From NCBI GenBank assembly GCA_944385395.1, contig CALWXA010000082.1, positions 16,385 through 80,384 on the forward strand: 64,000 nucleotides of DNA. The letters are read 5' to 3'. Shown here one piece after another: positions 44,791 to 58,646 of the stretch. The stretch is from an uncultured Oscillospiraceae bacterium (GTDB lineage Bacteria > Bacillota > Clostridia > Oscillospirales > Oscillospiraceae). Made by a program: the position numbers and the translations under genes. The notes under the pieces were generated by a model. That model searched no databases and was not told the DNA's origin. It saw only the letters and a program-made list of their open reading frames with translations. Position 1 is the stretch's first letter; the number at the start of each line of letters is the position of its first letter.

Positions 44791-44811
44791 GTATATCATT
44801 GCAACACAACT

Positions 44812-44840
44812 ATAGTATGCCAAAAATTTTGGCGTGTCAA
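44812..44840 (-). promoter_or_regulatory. Promoter of the M-box/mgtE transcript
   Basis: Minus strand: TTGACA (44840-44835), 17 nt, TACTAT (44817-44812). Confidence 0.6.
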
Positions 44841-45009
44841 GTCGCTGACAAGACTTTTTCTCCGGTAAAAAACGCTGATGGCGGCATGGATTGGGTTCCG
44901 TGGCGCAGGGCAAAGAACTGCTTGTGGAATGAGACGTTTTTGTGGTATACTATTAAATTGACAAAAAGCGATTTTGTTGCCCGGAAAGGGCGGAAAAGAG
45001 GTGAGGGGA

Positions 45010-45681
45010 ATGGGGCTCCATGACGGACACAGAGCCAGGAAAAAGCAGCAATACCGCAAGGCCGGACTGGATCAGTTTGCCGACCATGAGGTATTGGAAC
45101 TGCTGCTGTTTTTCGCCATTCCCCGGCGGGACACCAATGAGACTGCCCACCGGCTGCTGGAGCGGTTCGGCTCCCTCTACGGCGTGTTCCACGCACCCAC
45201 GGAGGAACTGCAGAAGGTAGAAGGCGTGGGTGAGCAGGCGGCACTGCTGCTGACGCTGGTGCCCAAGGCCGCCCAGCGGGGCTTTGAGGACACGGCCCCC
45301 GACCAGATCATCTCCTCCGTGGACAGCGCCGGCGCCTTTTTCCGCAGGCTGCTCCAGGGCGAGCGCCGGGAGGTGCTCTATCAGGTATGTCTGGACGCCA
45401 AGGGAAAGGTCCGCAGCCACAAGCGGCTGTCCGCCGGGACGGCGGCCATGGCGCCGGTAAACGTCCGGGAAGTGGTGGAAAACGCACTCCATGCCGACGC
45501 CAGCGCCGTACTGCTGGGGCACAACCATCCCAGCGGCGTGGCCCTGCCTTCCGCTGAGGACTGTCAGGTGACGCTGCAGATCCAGCAGGCCCTGCAGACC
45601 CTGGGCATCCGGCTGGCGGATCACATCATCGTGGCGGACAACGATTTCGTGTCCATGGCACAAAGCGGCCTGCTGCTGTGA
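45010..45681 (+). CDS. radC: RadC-family JAB-domain protein
   Basis: [13 protein letters not shown]-terminus, HhH region and the GHNHPSG JAB motif. Confidence 0.85.
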   Translation: MGLHDGHRARKKQQYRKAGLDQFADHEVLELLLFFAIPRRDTNETAHRLLERFGSLYGVFHAPTEELQKVEGVGEQAALLLTLVPKAAQRGFEDTAPDQIISSVDSAGAFFRRLLQGERREVLYQVCLDAKGKVRSHKRLSAGTAAMAPVNVREVVENALHADASAVLLGHNHPSGVALPSAEDCQVTLQIQQALQTLGIRLADHIIVADNDFVSMAQSGLLL

Positions 45682-45706
45682 GGCGGGCCAGACAGGAGCA
45701 AAGCAT

Positions 45707-47671
45707 ATGCCTGATTTCAAAGTAGTTTCTCCCTATGAGCCTTCCGGCGACCAGCCGGAGGCCATTGATACCCTGGCCCGGGGCCTGGAAGCGGGATTGC
45801 GGGAGCAGGTGCTGCTGGGCGTTACCGGCAGCGGCAAAACCTACACCATGGCCAAGGTCATCGAGCGGCTGCAGCGCCCCACGCTGGTGCTGGCCCACAA
45901 CAAGACCCTGGCGGCTCAGCTGTGTGAGGAGTTCCGGGAGTTTTTCCCCAACAACGCTGTGGAGTATTTTGTCTCCTACTACGACTACTATCAGCCGGAG
46001 GCCTATATTCCCCACACCGACACCTATATCGAAAAGGACGCCTCCACCAACGAGGAGATCGACCGGCTGCGGCTGAGCGCTACCTGCTCACTGCTGGAGC
46101 GGCGGGATGTCATTGTGGTGGCGTCGGTGAGCTGCATCTACGGTCTGGGCGAGCCTGACGACTTCGCCAAGATGATGATCTCCCTGCGGCAGGGCATGGA
46201 ATACGACCGGGATCAGCTGCTGCGGCGGCTGGTGGAGATCCGGTATGAGCGCAACGACGTGGATTTCCACCGCAACACCTTCCGGGTACGGGGGGACACG
46301 GTGGAGCTGTATCCCGCCTATTACAAGGACCGGGCCATCCGGGTGGAGTTTTTCGGCGATGAGATCGACCGCATCACCGAGTTCCAGCCTGTCACGGGGC
46401 AGGCCAACCGGACGCTGCAGCACATCGCCATCTATCCCGCCAGCCACTACGTGACGCCCCGGGACAAGATGGAGCTGGCCATTCAGGAGATCCGCAGGGA
46501 GCTGGAGGAGCAGGTCCGGTATTTCGAGGACAACGGCAAGCTCATCGAGGCCCAGCGCATCCGGCAGCGGACGGAGTACGACATGGAGATGATGATGGAG
46601 CTGGGCTACTGCTCCGGCATTGAGAACTATTCCCGGATCATCTCCCAGCGTCCGGCGGGCTCGGCACCCATGACGCTGCTGGACTTCTTCCCGGAGGATT
46701 TCATCCTCTTTGTGGACGAGAGCCATGTGACGCTGCCTCAGGTCCGGGCCATGTACAACGGCGACCATGCCCGGAAAAAGAGCCTGGTGGAGTACGGCTT
46801 CCGGCTGCCCTGTGCTTTTGACAACCGGCCGCTGAAGTTCGAGGAGTTCGAGCAGCGGTTTTCCCAGGCGGTCTACGTCTCCGCCACCCCCGGCGACTAC
46901 GAAAAGCAGCACGCCGATCAGACGGCGGAGCAGGTGATCCGGCCTACGGGGCTTCTGGACCCGGAGGTGGAGGTGCGGCCCGTTACCGGACAGATGGACG
47001 ATCTGGCCGAAGAGATCCGCATCCGGGCGGAGAAGAACGAGCGGGTGCTGGTGACCACCCTCACCAAGCGCATGGCGGAGGATCTTACCGCCCATTTCCG
47101 CACCAACGGCATCCGGGTGCGGTATATGCACAGCGATGTGGCGGCCCTGGAGCGGATGGAGATCATCCGGGATCTGCGGCTGGGAGAGTTCGACGTGCTG
47201 GTGGGCATCAACCTGCTGCGTGAAGGTCTGGACCTGCCGGAGGTGAGTCTGGTGGCCATTTTGGACGCCGACAAGGAAGGCTTCCTCCGCAGCGAGACCA
47301 GCCTCATCCAGACCATAGGCCGTGCGGCCCGGAACGCAGAGGGACGGGTGATCCTGTATGCCGACACCATCACCCCCTCCATGGCACGGGCTATGGAGGA
47401 GACGGAGCGGCGGCGCAAAAAGCAGGACGCCTACAACAAGGCCCACGGCATCGTGCCCAAGACCATCCGCAAGGATGTGCGGGAAATGGTGGAGATCTCC
47501 CACACCGCACGGGAGGCGGCGGAGAAGAGCAAGCAGAAGCTCACCGCTGCCCAGCGGCAGGAGGCCATCCGGAAACTGGAGAAAGAGATGAAGGAAGCCA
47601 GCCGGATGCTGGAGTTCGAATATGCAGCGGCCCTGCGGGATCAGATCATCGCCCTGCGGGGAGAGAAATAA
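45707..47671 (+). CDS. uvrB: Excinuclease ABC subunit B
   Basis: GVTGSGKT Walker A, a full-length UvrB sequence and the C-terminal UVR motif ([10 protein letters not shown]). Confidence 0.97.
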   Translation: MPDFKVVSPYEPSGDQPEAIDTLARGLEAGLREQVLLGVTGSGKTYTMAKVIERLQRPTLVLAHNKTLAAQLCEEFREFFPNNAVEYFVSYYDYYQPEAYIPHTDTYIEKDASTNEEIDRLRLSATCSLLERRDVIVVASVSCIYGLGEPDDFAKMMISLRQGMEYDRDQLLRRLVEIRYERNDVDFHRNTFRVRGDTVELYPAYYKDRAIRVEFFGDEIDRITEFQPVTGQANRTLQHIAIYPASHYVTPRDKMELAIQEIRRELEEQVRYFEDNGKLIEAQRIRQRTEYDMEMMMELGYCSGIENYSRIISQRPAGSAPMTLLDFFPEDFILFVDESHVTLPQVRAMYNGDHARKKSLVEYGFRLPCAFDNRPLKFEEFEQRFSQAVYVSATPGDYEKQHADQTAEQVIRPTGLLDPEVEVRPVTGQMDDLAEEIRIRAEKNERVLVTTLTKRMAEDLTAHFRTNGIRVRYMHSDVAALERMEIIRDLRLGEFDVLVGINLLREGLDLPEVSLVAILDADKEGFLRSETSLIQTIGRAARNAEGRVILYADTITPSMARAMEETERRRKKQDAYNKAHGIVPKTIRKDVREMVEISHTAREAAEKSKQKLTAAQRQEAIRKLEKEMKEASRMLEFEYAAALRDQIIALRGEK

Positions 47672-47683
47672 GAAGGGAACACC

Positions 47684-48556
47684 ATGGAACAAAAAGGAAG
47701 CCGCCTGCGCTCACAGCTGTGCATTCTGGCGGCAGGAGCCCTGTGGGGCATCATCGGGATCTGGAACCGGCATCTCATGGCCGGAGGGCTGTCGCCGGTA
47801 TCCATTGTGCTGGTGCGGAATCTGGGAGGCGCTGCGGTGCTCTCTGCCGTGCTGGCTGTTCGGGACCGGAAGGCTTTCCGGATGGAGAAAGGGAGCCTGA
47901 AATATTTCTTCGGCACGGGCATTGTCAGCATCGTGCTCTTTACCCTGTGCTATTTTTCCTGCCAGCAGGTGTGCTCCCTGGCGCTGGCATCCATTCTGCT
48001 GTACACGGCCCCGGCCATTGTGGTGCTGCTCTCGGCCCTTTTATGGAAAGAGCCCATCACCCGCCGCAAGCTGCTGGCTCTGGCGCTGACGCTGCTGGGC
48101 TGCGCCCTGGTGTGCGGCGTATTTGCCGGGCAGCTTACCGCTACCGGCGGCGGCATCCTGCTGGGACTGGGGGCTGGATTCTTCTATGCCCTCTACAGCA
48201 TCTTCGGGCGGTATGCCCTGGCAAAAAATCCGCCCCTGACGGTGACGCTGTGGACCTTCCTCGTTGCCGGGGCCGGCTCTCTGGTGCTGCTGCGGCCGCA
48301 GGAGCTGGCGGCGTTGGTACGGCAGCCGGAGCTTCTCTGGCAGGTGCTGGGGCTGGTGGTGGTATCCACCGTGCTGCCCTATCTCCTCTACAACCGGGGA
48401 CTGAGCCGGGTGGAGGCGGGAAAGGCCAGCATCCTGGCCAGCGTGGAGCCGGTGGTGGCATCCTTGGCAGGCATAGCGGTATTCGGTGAGCCCATGACGG
48501 CGGCCATAGCGGCAGGAGCCGTGTGCGTGCTGGCGGGCGTGTACATTTTGAGGTGA
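47684..48556 (+). CDS. EamA/DMT-family transporter
   Basis: 290 aa and 10 predicted TM helices arranged as two EamA repeats. Confidence 0.85.
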   Translation: MEQKGSRLRSQLCILAAGALWGIIGIWNRHLMAGGLSPVSIVLVRNLGGAAVLSAVLAVRDRKAFRMEKGSLKYFFGTGIVSIVLFTLCYFSCQQVCSLALASILLYTAPAIVVLLSALLWKEPITRRKLLALALTLLGCALVCGVFAGQLTATGGGILLGLGAGFFYALYSIFGRYALAKNPPLTVTLWTFLVAGAGSLVLLRPQELAALVRQPELLWQVLGLVVVSTVLPYLLYNRGLSRVEAGKASILASVEPVVASLAGIAVFGEPMTAAIAAGAVCVLAGVYILR

Positions 48557-48561
48557 GAGAT

Positions 48562-49044
48562 ATGGCAAAGCAGAAAACGGAAAAGACCAACGTAATGCGG
48601 ATTCTGGATCAGAAGAAGATCCCCTATACCCCCCACAGCTATCCCACCGACGGAGCCATCGACGGCGTCAGTGTGGCGTCCATTCTGGGACAGGACCCCG
48701 CCTGCGTGTTCAAGACGCTGGTGGCGGTGGGCAGCAGCGGGGCGCACTATGTGTTCGATATCCCCGTGGCGGAGAGTCTGGATCTGAAAAAGGCGGCCCG
48801 GGCGGTGGGGGAGAAGTCCATCGCCATGCTGCCCCAGAAGGAGCTTCTGGGCCTGACGGGCTATGTCCACGGCGGCTGCAGCCCCGTGGGGATGAAAAAG
48901 CCCTTCCCCACGGTGTTTCACGCCACCGCAGCGGACCTGGAGACCATTCTGGTCAGCGCCGGGAAGATCGGCTGGCAGATCCAGTGCGCCCCCGGTGACC
49001 TTCTGGGGCTCATCGGCGCCGCCACGGCGGATCTCATCGTATAA
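48562..49044 (+). CDS. ybaK: Cys-tRNA(Pro)/Cys-tRNA(Cys) deacylase YbaK
   Basis: [22 protein letters not shown]... with the [11 protein letters not shown] motif. Confidence 0.85.
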   Translation: MAKQKTEKTNVMRILDQKKIPYTPHSYPTDGAIDGVSVASILGQDPACVFKTLVAVGSSGAHYVFDIPVAESLDLKKAARAVGEKSIAMLPQKELLGLTGYVHGGCSPVGMKKPFPTVFHATAADLETILVSAGKIGWQIQCAPGDLLGLIGAATADLIV

Positions 49045-49058
49045 AGGAGGAAAATGCC

Positions 49059-50031
49059 ATGACGGATCAGAGCCGGGAACTGATGGAACGGTTCCCTATC
49101 CGCAAAACAGGAGAGCAGAAGGAGGCCTTCCGTGCCTGGCTTCAGTGTGTGCTGCGGGAGACAGGAAAAACGCCCCGGGTGGAGCAGGCGGGCAAGCTCA
49201 TCAAAAGCCACAACGTGGTGCTGGGCGATCCCGACACCGCCAAGGTGCTGCTGACGGCCCACTACGATACCTGCTCTGTGCTGCCCATTCCCAATTTCAT
49301 CACCCCCAGGAGCCCGGTGTGGTTCCTGCTCTATCAGCTGCTGATCGGCGTGGTGATGTTTATGGCTGCGTTCCTGCTGGGCTATGCCGGTGTGTGGCTG
49401 TGGGAGCGGGCCGGTGTATCGGATGGGGTGGGGATGATCCTGACCTTCCTGATGGTATACGCTGTGCTCCTTTTCATCATCTGGTGGATGATGGGGGGCG
49501 GAAAGGCCAACCGCCACAACGCCAACGATAACACCAGCGGCGTGGTGACGCTGCTGGAACTGGCTTTGGCCATGACGCCGGAGCAGCGGCAGCAGGTATG
49601 CTTCGTGTGGTTTGACAACGAGGAAAAGGGCCTTTTTGGCTCCGCCGCCTTTGCCAGGGCCCATCCCCGGGCCAAAAAGGAGGCCTTGGTGCTGAACTTT
49701 GACTGCGTAGGGGATGGCCCCCATATCCACTTCTTCCCAGGCAAAAAGGTGAAGCGTGACCGCCGGGTCATGGCGCAGCTGCAGAATTGCTGGCAGCCGG
49801 AAGGGGACCGGACGGTGACGGTGGTGGAGGGCTTCGGCCTGTATCCCTCCGACCAGCGGGCCTTCGGAGGAGGCGTGGGTGTGTGCGCCCTGAAGCATTC
49901 GAAGATTTTTGGATATTATATGGACAGGATCCATACCGGCCGGGACACGGTGCTGCAGGAGGAGAACATCCGCCTGCTGTGCCGGGGCGCCCTGGCCCTG
50001 ACAGATCAGCTGACAGAAAAGGAAACGACTC

Positions 50032-50042
<11 letters not shown>
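49059..50042 (+). CDS. M28-family metallopeptidase-like protein with inserted TM hairpin
   Basis: M28 ligand blocks in order: [39 protein letters not shown]. Two long hydrophobic segments sit between the first two blocks. Confidence 0.7.
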
Positions 50043-52860
<2,818 letters not shown>

Positions 52861-52895
52861 CCCATTGCCCCCTGTTCGGCATAGAATAGGGCGAG

Positions 52896-53237
52896 GTGAT
52901 GGAGATGACGATGCTGTATGACGCCGTGATGGCCTTTCTGGCGGCGGCGGGACTGGCTGCTATCTTATGGCTGCTGGCGGGGCTGGTGCTCCGGAGCAGA
53001 AAAGAGGATCAGGCGGAAGTCGTGATCCTGCTGCCGGCCCGGGGGGCCGGGGAACGGCTGGAGCACGATGTGCGCACCGTGGAGGCCATGGCCCGGCAGC
53101 TGGGGAAGTGCACCCCGGTGCTGGTGGTGGATTGCGGACTGGACCGCAGCGGACGGCTGCGGGCCGCCATTCTGGAGAGCGCCCACGACTGCGTGGCGGT
53201 GGTGGACCGGGAGGACGTGGCGGCACATATCGTTTGA
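52896..53237 (+). CDS. Hypothetical small membrane-anchored protein
   Basis: 113 aa. N-terminal TM helix (LYDAVMAFLAAAGLAAILWLLAGLVL), then an about 80-aa domain (VVILLPARGAGERLEHDVRTVE...VLVVDCGLD). RBS GAGGTGATGGAG region. Confidence 0.55.
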   Translation: MMEMTMLYDAVMAFLAAAGLAAILWLLAGLVLRSRKEDQAEVVILLPARGAGERLEHDVRTVEAMARQLGKCTPVLVVDCGLDRSGRLRAAILESAHDCVAVVDREDVAAHIV

Positions 53238-53254
53238 ACCAAGGAGGTGAGGGC

Positions 53255-55465
53255 ATGGAGGTGCAAGGAACGGTAGAGGGCACCGTGGAACGGCTGGTGT
53301 TTCAGAACCAGGACAACGGCTATACGGTGCTGCAGCTGCTGACGGACCAGGGCGAGCTGGTGACGGTGGTGGGCTGCATTCCCTGCGCCGGGCCCGGCGA
53401 GAGCATGACGGTCACCGGGGACTGGGTGAACCATCCTACCTACGGCCAGCAGCTGGCGGCCCAGCTGGTGGAGCGCCGGATGCCCCGGGATGAGGAGGAG
53501 ATCGCCGTCTATCTGGCCAGCGGCATCGTCAAGGGCATCGGCCCGGCCACGGCCCAGCGGCTGGTGGAGCGGTTCGGCGCCGACACCCTGCAGGTGCTGG
53601 AGGAGGAGCCGGAACGGCTCACCTGTATCAAGGGCATCAGCGCCCAGAAGGCCCGGGAGATCTCCCGGGCGTTCCGGGAACTGACGGGACTGCGGCGGCT
53701 GATGGAATACATGGCCCGGTACGAGCTGCCCATGCATCTGGCCATGCAGCTCTACCGCAGCTACGGAAGCGAGGCTCTTGCACGGCTGCGGGAGGATCCC
53801 TACATCCTGTCCCGGCAGCGCTACGGCGTGGAGTTCGCCGTGGTGGACGAGATCGGACTGAGCATGGAACTGCCTGCCGATGCGCCCTGCCGGGTGGAGG
53901 CAGCCATCCTCTATGAACTGGCCTACAATATGGGCAACGGCCATGTGTTCCTGCCCCGGGAGAAGCTGGTGGCGGCAACGGCCCAGCTCATCGATGTATC
54001 CGCCGATACGGTGGAGGTGGCGCTGGACCGGCTCATCGGCCTTCACCAGGTGGTGCAGCAGCCCATTGCCAATGTGACGGGCTGCTATCTCTTCAGCTGC
54101 CATCAGGCGGAATGTCAGGTGGCGGAAAAGCTTTTGGAGCTGGTGCGGACGCCCCGGAAAACCGCCGGAGGTGTGGACAAGCTGGTGAGCCGGATGGAAC
54201 GGGATCGGGGCATCGCCTATGCTCCCCAGCAGCGCCAGGCGGTGGTGCTGGCGGCAGAGCAGGGCGTGGTGCTCCTCACCGGCGGGCCGGGTACCGGCAA
54301 GACCACCGCCGTGGAGGCCATGGTGGCTCTCTACGAAAAGATGGGGCTGGAGGTGCTGCTGCTGGCGCCTACCGGCCGGGCGGCCCAGCGGCTGGGGGAG
54401 GTATGCGGTACATCCGCCCAGACCATCCACCGGGCATTGGGCATGAGCCTGGACGATTTCACCGGAGAGGTGAAGTTCCGGAAGAATGCCTCCGATCCGC
54501 TGGAGACGGACGCCGTCATCGTGGATGAGATGAGCATGGTGGATCTGGCGTTGATGAGCGCTCTGCTCACCGCCCTGCGGCCGGGATGCCGCCTGGTGAT
54601 GGTGGGCGACCCGGATCAGCTGCCATCGGTAGGGGCAGGGAATGTGCTGGGGGATATCCTGCGCAGCGGCGTGGTGCCTACCGTCACGCTGCGGGAGATC
54701 TTCCGCCAGGCGGAAAAATCCGCCATCATCCGCAACGCCCATGCGGTGAACCTGGGGATGGCCCCCAATCTGGACAGCAATCAGGGGGACTTTTTCTTCC
54801 TGTGCCGCCGCAATCCCGACCGGCTGGTGCAGACGGTGGTGGAGCTGGTGAAGACCCGGCTGCCGGAGCATATGCATATCCCCAAAGAGCAGATCCAGGT
54901 GCTCACCCCCACCCGGAAAGGGGAGATGGGCACGGTACAGCTGAACCGGGCCCTTCAGGCGGCTCTGAACCCCCCTGCCAAGGATAAGCGGCAGAAGGTG
55001 TGGGGAGACGTTGTATTCCGCACCGGGGACCGGGTGATGCAGACCAAAAACAATTACGACGTGATCTGGGAAAAAGAGGACGGAACCGCCGGCAGCGGCG
55101 TATTCAACGGCGACATGGGCATCATCCGGGACATCGATCCTTCTGGTGAGCTCATCACCGTGGCCTTTGACGACCGGACGGCGGTGTATACGCCGGATCT
55201 TCTTAGTCAGCTGGATCTGGCCTATGCCGTGACGGTACATAAGGCTCAGGGCAGCGAATACCGGGCGGTGGTGCTGGTTTCGGCACCGGCGGCGCCGTCA
55301 TTGATGGTGCGCAGTGTGCTCTATACCGCCATCACCCGGGCCCGGGAGCTGCTGGTGCTGGTGGGAGATGACGGCATCCCCGGCCGGATGGCAGCGGATG
55401 ACCGGCGGCAGCGGCGTTACAGCGGCCTGCGCCGGCGGCTGAAGGAAGCGGGGCAGCAGGCATGA
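53255..55465 (+). CDS. recD2: RecD2-type ATP-dependent DNA helicase
   Basis: ATG 53255 preceded by AAGGAGGTGA. Walker A GGPGTGKTT, DEMSMVD and the SF1B C-terminal AVTVHKAQGSE. Confidence 0.9.
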   Translation: MEVQGTVEGTVERLVFQNQDNGYTVLQLLTDQGELVTVVGCIPCAGPGESMTVTGDWVNHPTYGQQLAAQLVERRMPRDEEEIAVYLASGIVKGIGPATAQRLVERFGADTLQVLEEEPERLTCIKGISAQKAREISRAFRELTGLRRLMEYMARYELPMHLAMQLYRSYGSEALARLREDPYILSRQRYGVEFAVVDEIGLSMELPADAPCRVEAAILYELAYNMGNGHVFLPREKLVAATAQLIDVSADTVEVALDRLIGLHQVVQQPIANVTGCYLFSCHQAECQVAEKLLELVRTPRKTAGGVDKLVSRMERDRGIAYAPQQRQAVVLAAEQGVVLLTGGPGTGKTTAVEAMVALYEKMGLEVLLLAPTGRAAQRLGEVCGTSAQTIHRALGMSLDDFTGEVKFRKNASDPLETDAVIVDEMSMVDLALMSALLTALRPGCRLVMVGDPDQLPSVGAGNVLGDILRSGVVPTVTLREIFRQAEKSAIIRNAHAVNLGMAPNLDSNQGDFFFLCRRNPDRLVQTVVELVKTRLPEHMHIPKEQIQVLTPTRKGEMGTVQLNRALQAALNPPAKDKRQKVWGDVVFRTGDRVMQTKNNYDVIWEKEDGTAGSGVFNGDMGIIRDIDPSGELITVAFDDRTAVYTPDLLSQLDLAYAVTVHKAQGSEYRAVVLVSAPAAPSLMVRSVLYTAITRARELLVLVGDDGIPGRMAADDRRQRRYSGLRRRLKEAGQQA

Positions 55466-56112
55466 AAAGAAGCGGGAGAAGCAGCGCTCTGCTGGATCTT
55501 CTCTTTCCCCGGCGCTGCCCCTTCTGCGGCACGGTGGGCATCCGGGATTCCCTGTGCCTCAAATGCCGGGACACGCTGCCCTATACGGGCGATCTTCAGG
55601 AAGAGGACCGGGGCTTTGCCCGGTGTGCCGCGCCGCTGTACTATGAGGACGGCGTGCGCAAAGCGGTGCTGGATCTGAAATTTCACGGCAAACTGGGCGG
55701 ACTGGACTGTTTTGGAGAACTCATGGCCCAATGCGCCGCCCGGCAGTTCGCCGGTGAATTCGACACCGTTACCTGGGTGCCGGTGAGCCGCCGCAGAGGC
55801 AAGCAAAGAGGCTTCGATCAGGCCCAGCTTCTGGCGGAGGCGGCCGCCGGGCACTGGCAGGTCCGGCCGGTGCCCACATTGGTCAAGACCGTGGACAACC
55901 CCGCCCAATCCAGTCTGGAAGGAGCGGAGAAACGGCGGGCCAATGTGCTGGGCGTCTATGAGCCGGTGGGAGAAAACATCTACGGACACCGTATTTTGCT
56001 GATCGATGACGTGCTGACCACCGGCGCTACCCTGGCCGAATGTGTCCGGGTGCTGCGTGAGGCAGGCGCCGCTGAGGTGCTATGTCTGACTCTGGCCAGA
56101 GTGCGGGCATAG
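55462..56112 (+). CDS. comFC: ComF-family phosphoribosyltransferase-like protein
   Basis: N-terminal CxxC...CxxC and the PRT motif ILLIDDVLTTGATL. ATGA overlap with recD2. Confidence 0.85.
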   Translation: MKRSGRSSALLDLLFPRRCPFCGTVGIRDSLCLKCRDTLPYTGDLQEEDRGFARCAAPLYYEDGVRKAVLDLKFHGKLGGLDCFGELMAQCAARQFAGEFDTVTWVPVSRRRGKQRGFDQAQLLAEAAAGHWQVRPVPTLVKTVDNPAQSSLEGAEKRRANVLGVYEPVGENIYGHRILLIDDVLTTGATLAECVRVLREAGAAEVLCLTLARVRA

Positions 56113-56212
56113 AAGCGGGGTGCGCCGGACATCCTATCAAAAGACATGTTCCAGAGAGAATGTGTCGATTTGTGAACAAAGGATTACAAATCGTAAAATA
56201 GCGCAAATTCAC

Positions 56213-56241
56213 TTGCAAAACGGAAAAGACACCAGTATAAT
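56213..56241 (+). promoter_or_regulatory. mreB promoter
   Basis: TTGCAA, 17 nt, TATAAT. Confidence 0.6.
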
Positions 56242-56309
56242 AAAAATTCGGAGAACTATCTGCCCCTTTGGGGCGGCATCGGATACAAACAGAAAATGAG
56301 GTGCAGCTT

Positions 56310-57341
56310 ATGTGTTCACTGGCAAAGGATATCGGCATTGACCTGGGTACCGCTTCGGTACTGGTCTATGTGAAGGATAAGGGTGTGGTGCTCAACGAGC
56401 CCAGCGTGGTGGCCATCGATAAAAACGACGGTCGGCTCCTGAAGGTAGGCGCTGACGCACAGGCCATGCTGGGTCGTACCCCCGGCAACATCGTGGCCAT
56501 CCGGCCCCTGCGGGAGGGCGTCATCTCCGACTACGACATGACCGAGCGGATGCTCAAGGAGTTCATCCATAAGGTGGCCGGCGGCTTCCAGTTCTTTAAG
56601 CCCCGGGTCATCATCTGCGTGCCCTCCGGCATCACCGAGGTGGAAGAGCGTGCCGTCATCGACGCCGGCATCCAGGCCGGTGCACGCCGGGTCTACCTCA
56701 TCGAAGAGCCGGTGGCTGCCGCCATCGGTGCAGGCATCGATATCTCCAAGCCCGACGGACACATGGTGGTGGACATCGGCGGCGGTACCGCCGACATCGC
56801 TGTGATCTCCCTGTCCGGTGTGGTGGAATCTGCTTCCATCAAGGTGGCCGGTGACCAGTTCAACGAGGCCATCGTCAAGTATATGCGCCGCAAGCACAAC
56901 ATCCTCATCGGTGAGCGTACTGCAGAGCTGATGAAAATGGAGATCGGCTGCGTCTATCCCAAGGAGGAAGAGGCCACCATCGAGATCAAGGGCCGCTGCC
57001 TGATGACCGGCCTGCCCAAGACCATCACCGTCACCTCCACGGAGATGATGGAGGCGTTCGAGGAGCCGGTGGAGCGGATCCTGGAGGCCATTCACGGCGT
57101 GCTGGAGCGTACCCCCCCGGAGCTGGTGGCGGATATCTCCAATAACGGCATCGTCATGACCGGCGGCGGTTCCCTGGTGGACGGCTTCGACAAGCTCATC
57201 TCCGCCCGCACCGGTATCCACACCCAGGTGGCGGAAAACGCCATCTCCTGCGTGGCCATCGGTACCGGCAAGAGCCTGGATTCCCTGAACTCCATGCAGG
57301 ACGGTACGGTGAACCTGTCCCGCAGAAAGCAGATGAACTGA
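56310..57341 (+). CDS. mreB: Rod-shape-determining protein MreB
   Basis: DIGIDLGTASVLVYV, DIGGGTADIAV and GIVMTGGGS actin-fold motifs. Confidence 0.93.
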   Translation: MCSLAKDIGIDLGTASVLVYVKDKGVVLNEPSVVAIDKNDGRLLKVGADAQAMLGRTPGNIVAIRPLREGVISDYDMTERMLKEFIHKVAGGFQFFKPRVIICVPSGITEVEERAVIDAGIQAGARRVYLIEEPVAAAIGAGIDISKPDGHMVVDIGGGTADIAVISLSGVVESASIKVAGDQFNEAIVKYMRRKHNILIGERTAELMKMEIGCVYPKEEEATIEIKGRCLMTGLPKTITVTSTEMMEAFEEPVERILEAIHGVLERTPPELVADISNNGIVMTGGGSLVDGFDKLISARTGIHTQVAENAISCVAIGTGKSLDSLNSMQDGTVNLSRRKQMN

Positions 57342-57354
57342 ACAAAGCGCAATG

Positions 57355-57389
57355 GTGCGCTGCGGAGCCTTTGCGGGTCCGCAGCGCAC
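57355..57389 (+). terminator. Terminator hairpin after mreB
   Basis: GTGCGCTGCGGA ... TCCGCAGCGCAC, followed by TTT (weak T tract). Confidence 0.55.
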
Positions 57390-57446
57390 TTTCCCAAAAA
57401 AACAACAGGCCGCTTCATCCGGCGGCGTGAATCGGGAGGAAGCGTT

Positions 57447-58637
57447 ATGAAATTCTCATCCAAAGCGGAAAAGTGCCAATATTCCCCCATGCGGAAGTTC
57501 CATACCTACGCCGTCGCAGCAGAGGAAAAGGGACGGAGCATTTATCACCTCAACATCGGCCAGCCGGACATCGAGACTCCGGAGGCCTGTTTCCAGGCCG
57601 TCCGGGAGTTTGACAACCGGGTGCTGGAATATGCCCCTTCCGCCGGTATCCCGGAGCTTTTGAAGGCAGTACAGGGATACTATGACAAGCTGGGCATCCA
57701 CTACGATACCGACGAGATCCTCATCACCACCGGCGGCAGCGAGGCGCTGCAGATCGCCCTCAACTGCATTCTGGACGACGGTGACGAGATCCTGATCCCG
57801 GAGCCCTTCTATCCCAACTACAACACCATGGTGGCGACCTGCGGCGGCGTTATCCGCCCCATCCCCACCACCCCGGAGGAGGGCTACCATTTCGCTGACC
57901 GGGCCAAGATCGAGGCCGGGATCAACGAAAAGACCCGGGCCATCCTCATCACCAATCCCGGAAACCCCACCGGCACCGTGCTGACGCCGGAGGAAATGCA
58001 TATGCTGGCCGACGTGGCCAGGGAACATGATCTGTTCCTCATCGGCGATGAGGCCTACCGGGAGTTCGTGTATGCCGGCGAGCCCCTGCAGTCCTTCGGT
58101 TCCTGCACCGAGGCGGCGGAGAATATCGTGGTCATCGACACGGTGTCCAAGCGGTTTTCCGCCTGCGGCGCACGGGTGGGCTGTCTCATCAGCCATAACC
58201 GGGAACTGCTGGGTCTGGCCATGAAATACTGCCAGTGCCGTCTGGCGGTTGCCACCCTGGACCAGACGGCGGCAGCCGCCCTGTACAGCGTGGAAGGCGA
58301 CTACTTTGCCGCCGTTCGGGAGGAGTACAAGCGCCGCCGGGATACGGTGGTCCGGAAGCTCCAGGAGATCCCCGGCGTGGTGTGCCAGTGTCCCAAGGGT
58401 GCCTTCTACCTGATGGCCGCCCTGCCGGTGGACGATGCCGACAAGTTCCAGCAGTGGCTGCTGGAGGAATTTGAGGACCACGGCGAGACGGTGATGTTTG
58501 CCCCCGGTGAGCCCTTCTATGCCACCCCCGGCAAGGGCAAAAACGAGGTGCGCATCGCCTACGTGCTGCAGCAGGAGAAGCTGGAGCGGGCCATGGATCT
58601 GCTGGCCCTGGGCATCCGGGCCTATCAGAACCGCTGA
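57447..58637 (+). CDS. Class I/II pyridoxal-phosphate aminotransferase (aspartate aminotransferase-like)
   Basis: 396 aa. NPGNPTG block and PLP-lysine block TVSKRFSACGARVG. Confidence 0.9.
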   Translation: MKFSSKAEKCQYSPMRKFHTYAVAAEEKGRSIYHLNIGQPDIETPEACFQAVREFDNRVLEYAPSAGIPELLKAVQGYYDKLGIHYDTDEILITTGGSEALQIALNCILDDGDEILIPEPFYPNYNTMVATCGGVIRPIPTTPEEGYHFADRAKIEAGINEKTRAILITNPGNPTGTVLTPEEMHMLADVAREHDLFLIGDEAYREFVYAGEPLQSFGSCTEAAENIVVIDTVSKRFSACGARVGCLISHNRELLGLAMKYCQCRLAVATLDQTAAAALYSVEGDYFAAVREEYKRRRDTVVRKLQEIPGVVCQCPKGAFYLMAALPVDDADKFQQWLLEEFEDHGETVMFAPGEPFYATPGKGKNEVRIAYVLQQEKLERAMDLLALGIRAYQNR

Positions 58638-58646
58638 GGGCAACAT

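Noticed and set aside
52967-53254. A 96-codon N-terminal extension of the recD2 ORF overlaps the 113-aa gene.
   Set aside because: The extension is Gly/Arg/Ala-rich with no structure. ATG 53255 has a strong AAGGAGGTGA RBS, and the protein then starts like other RecD2 helicases.
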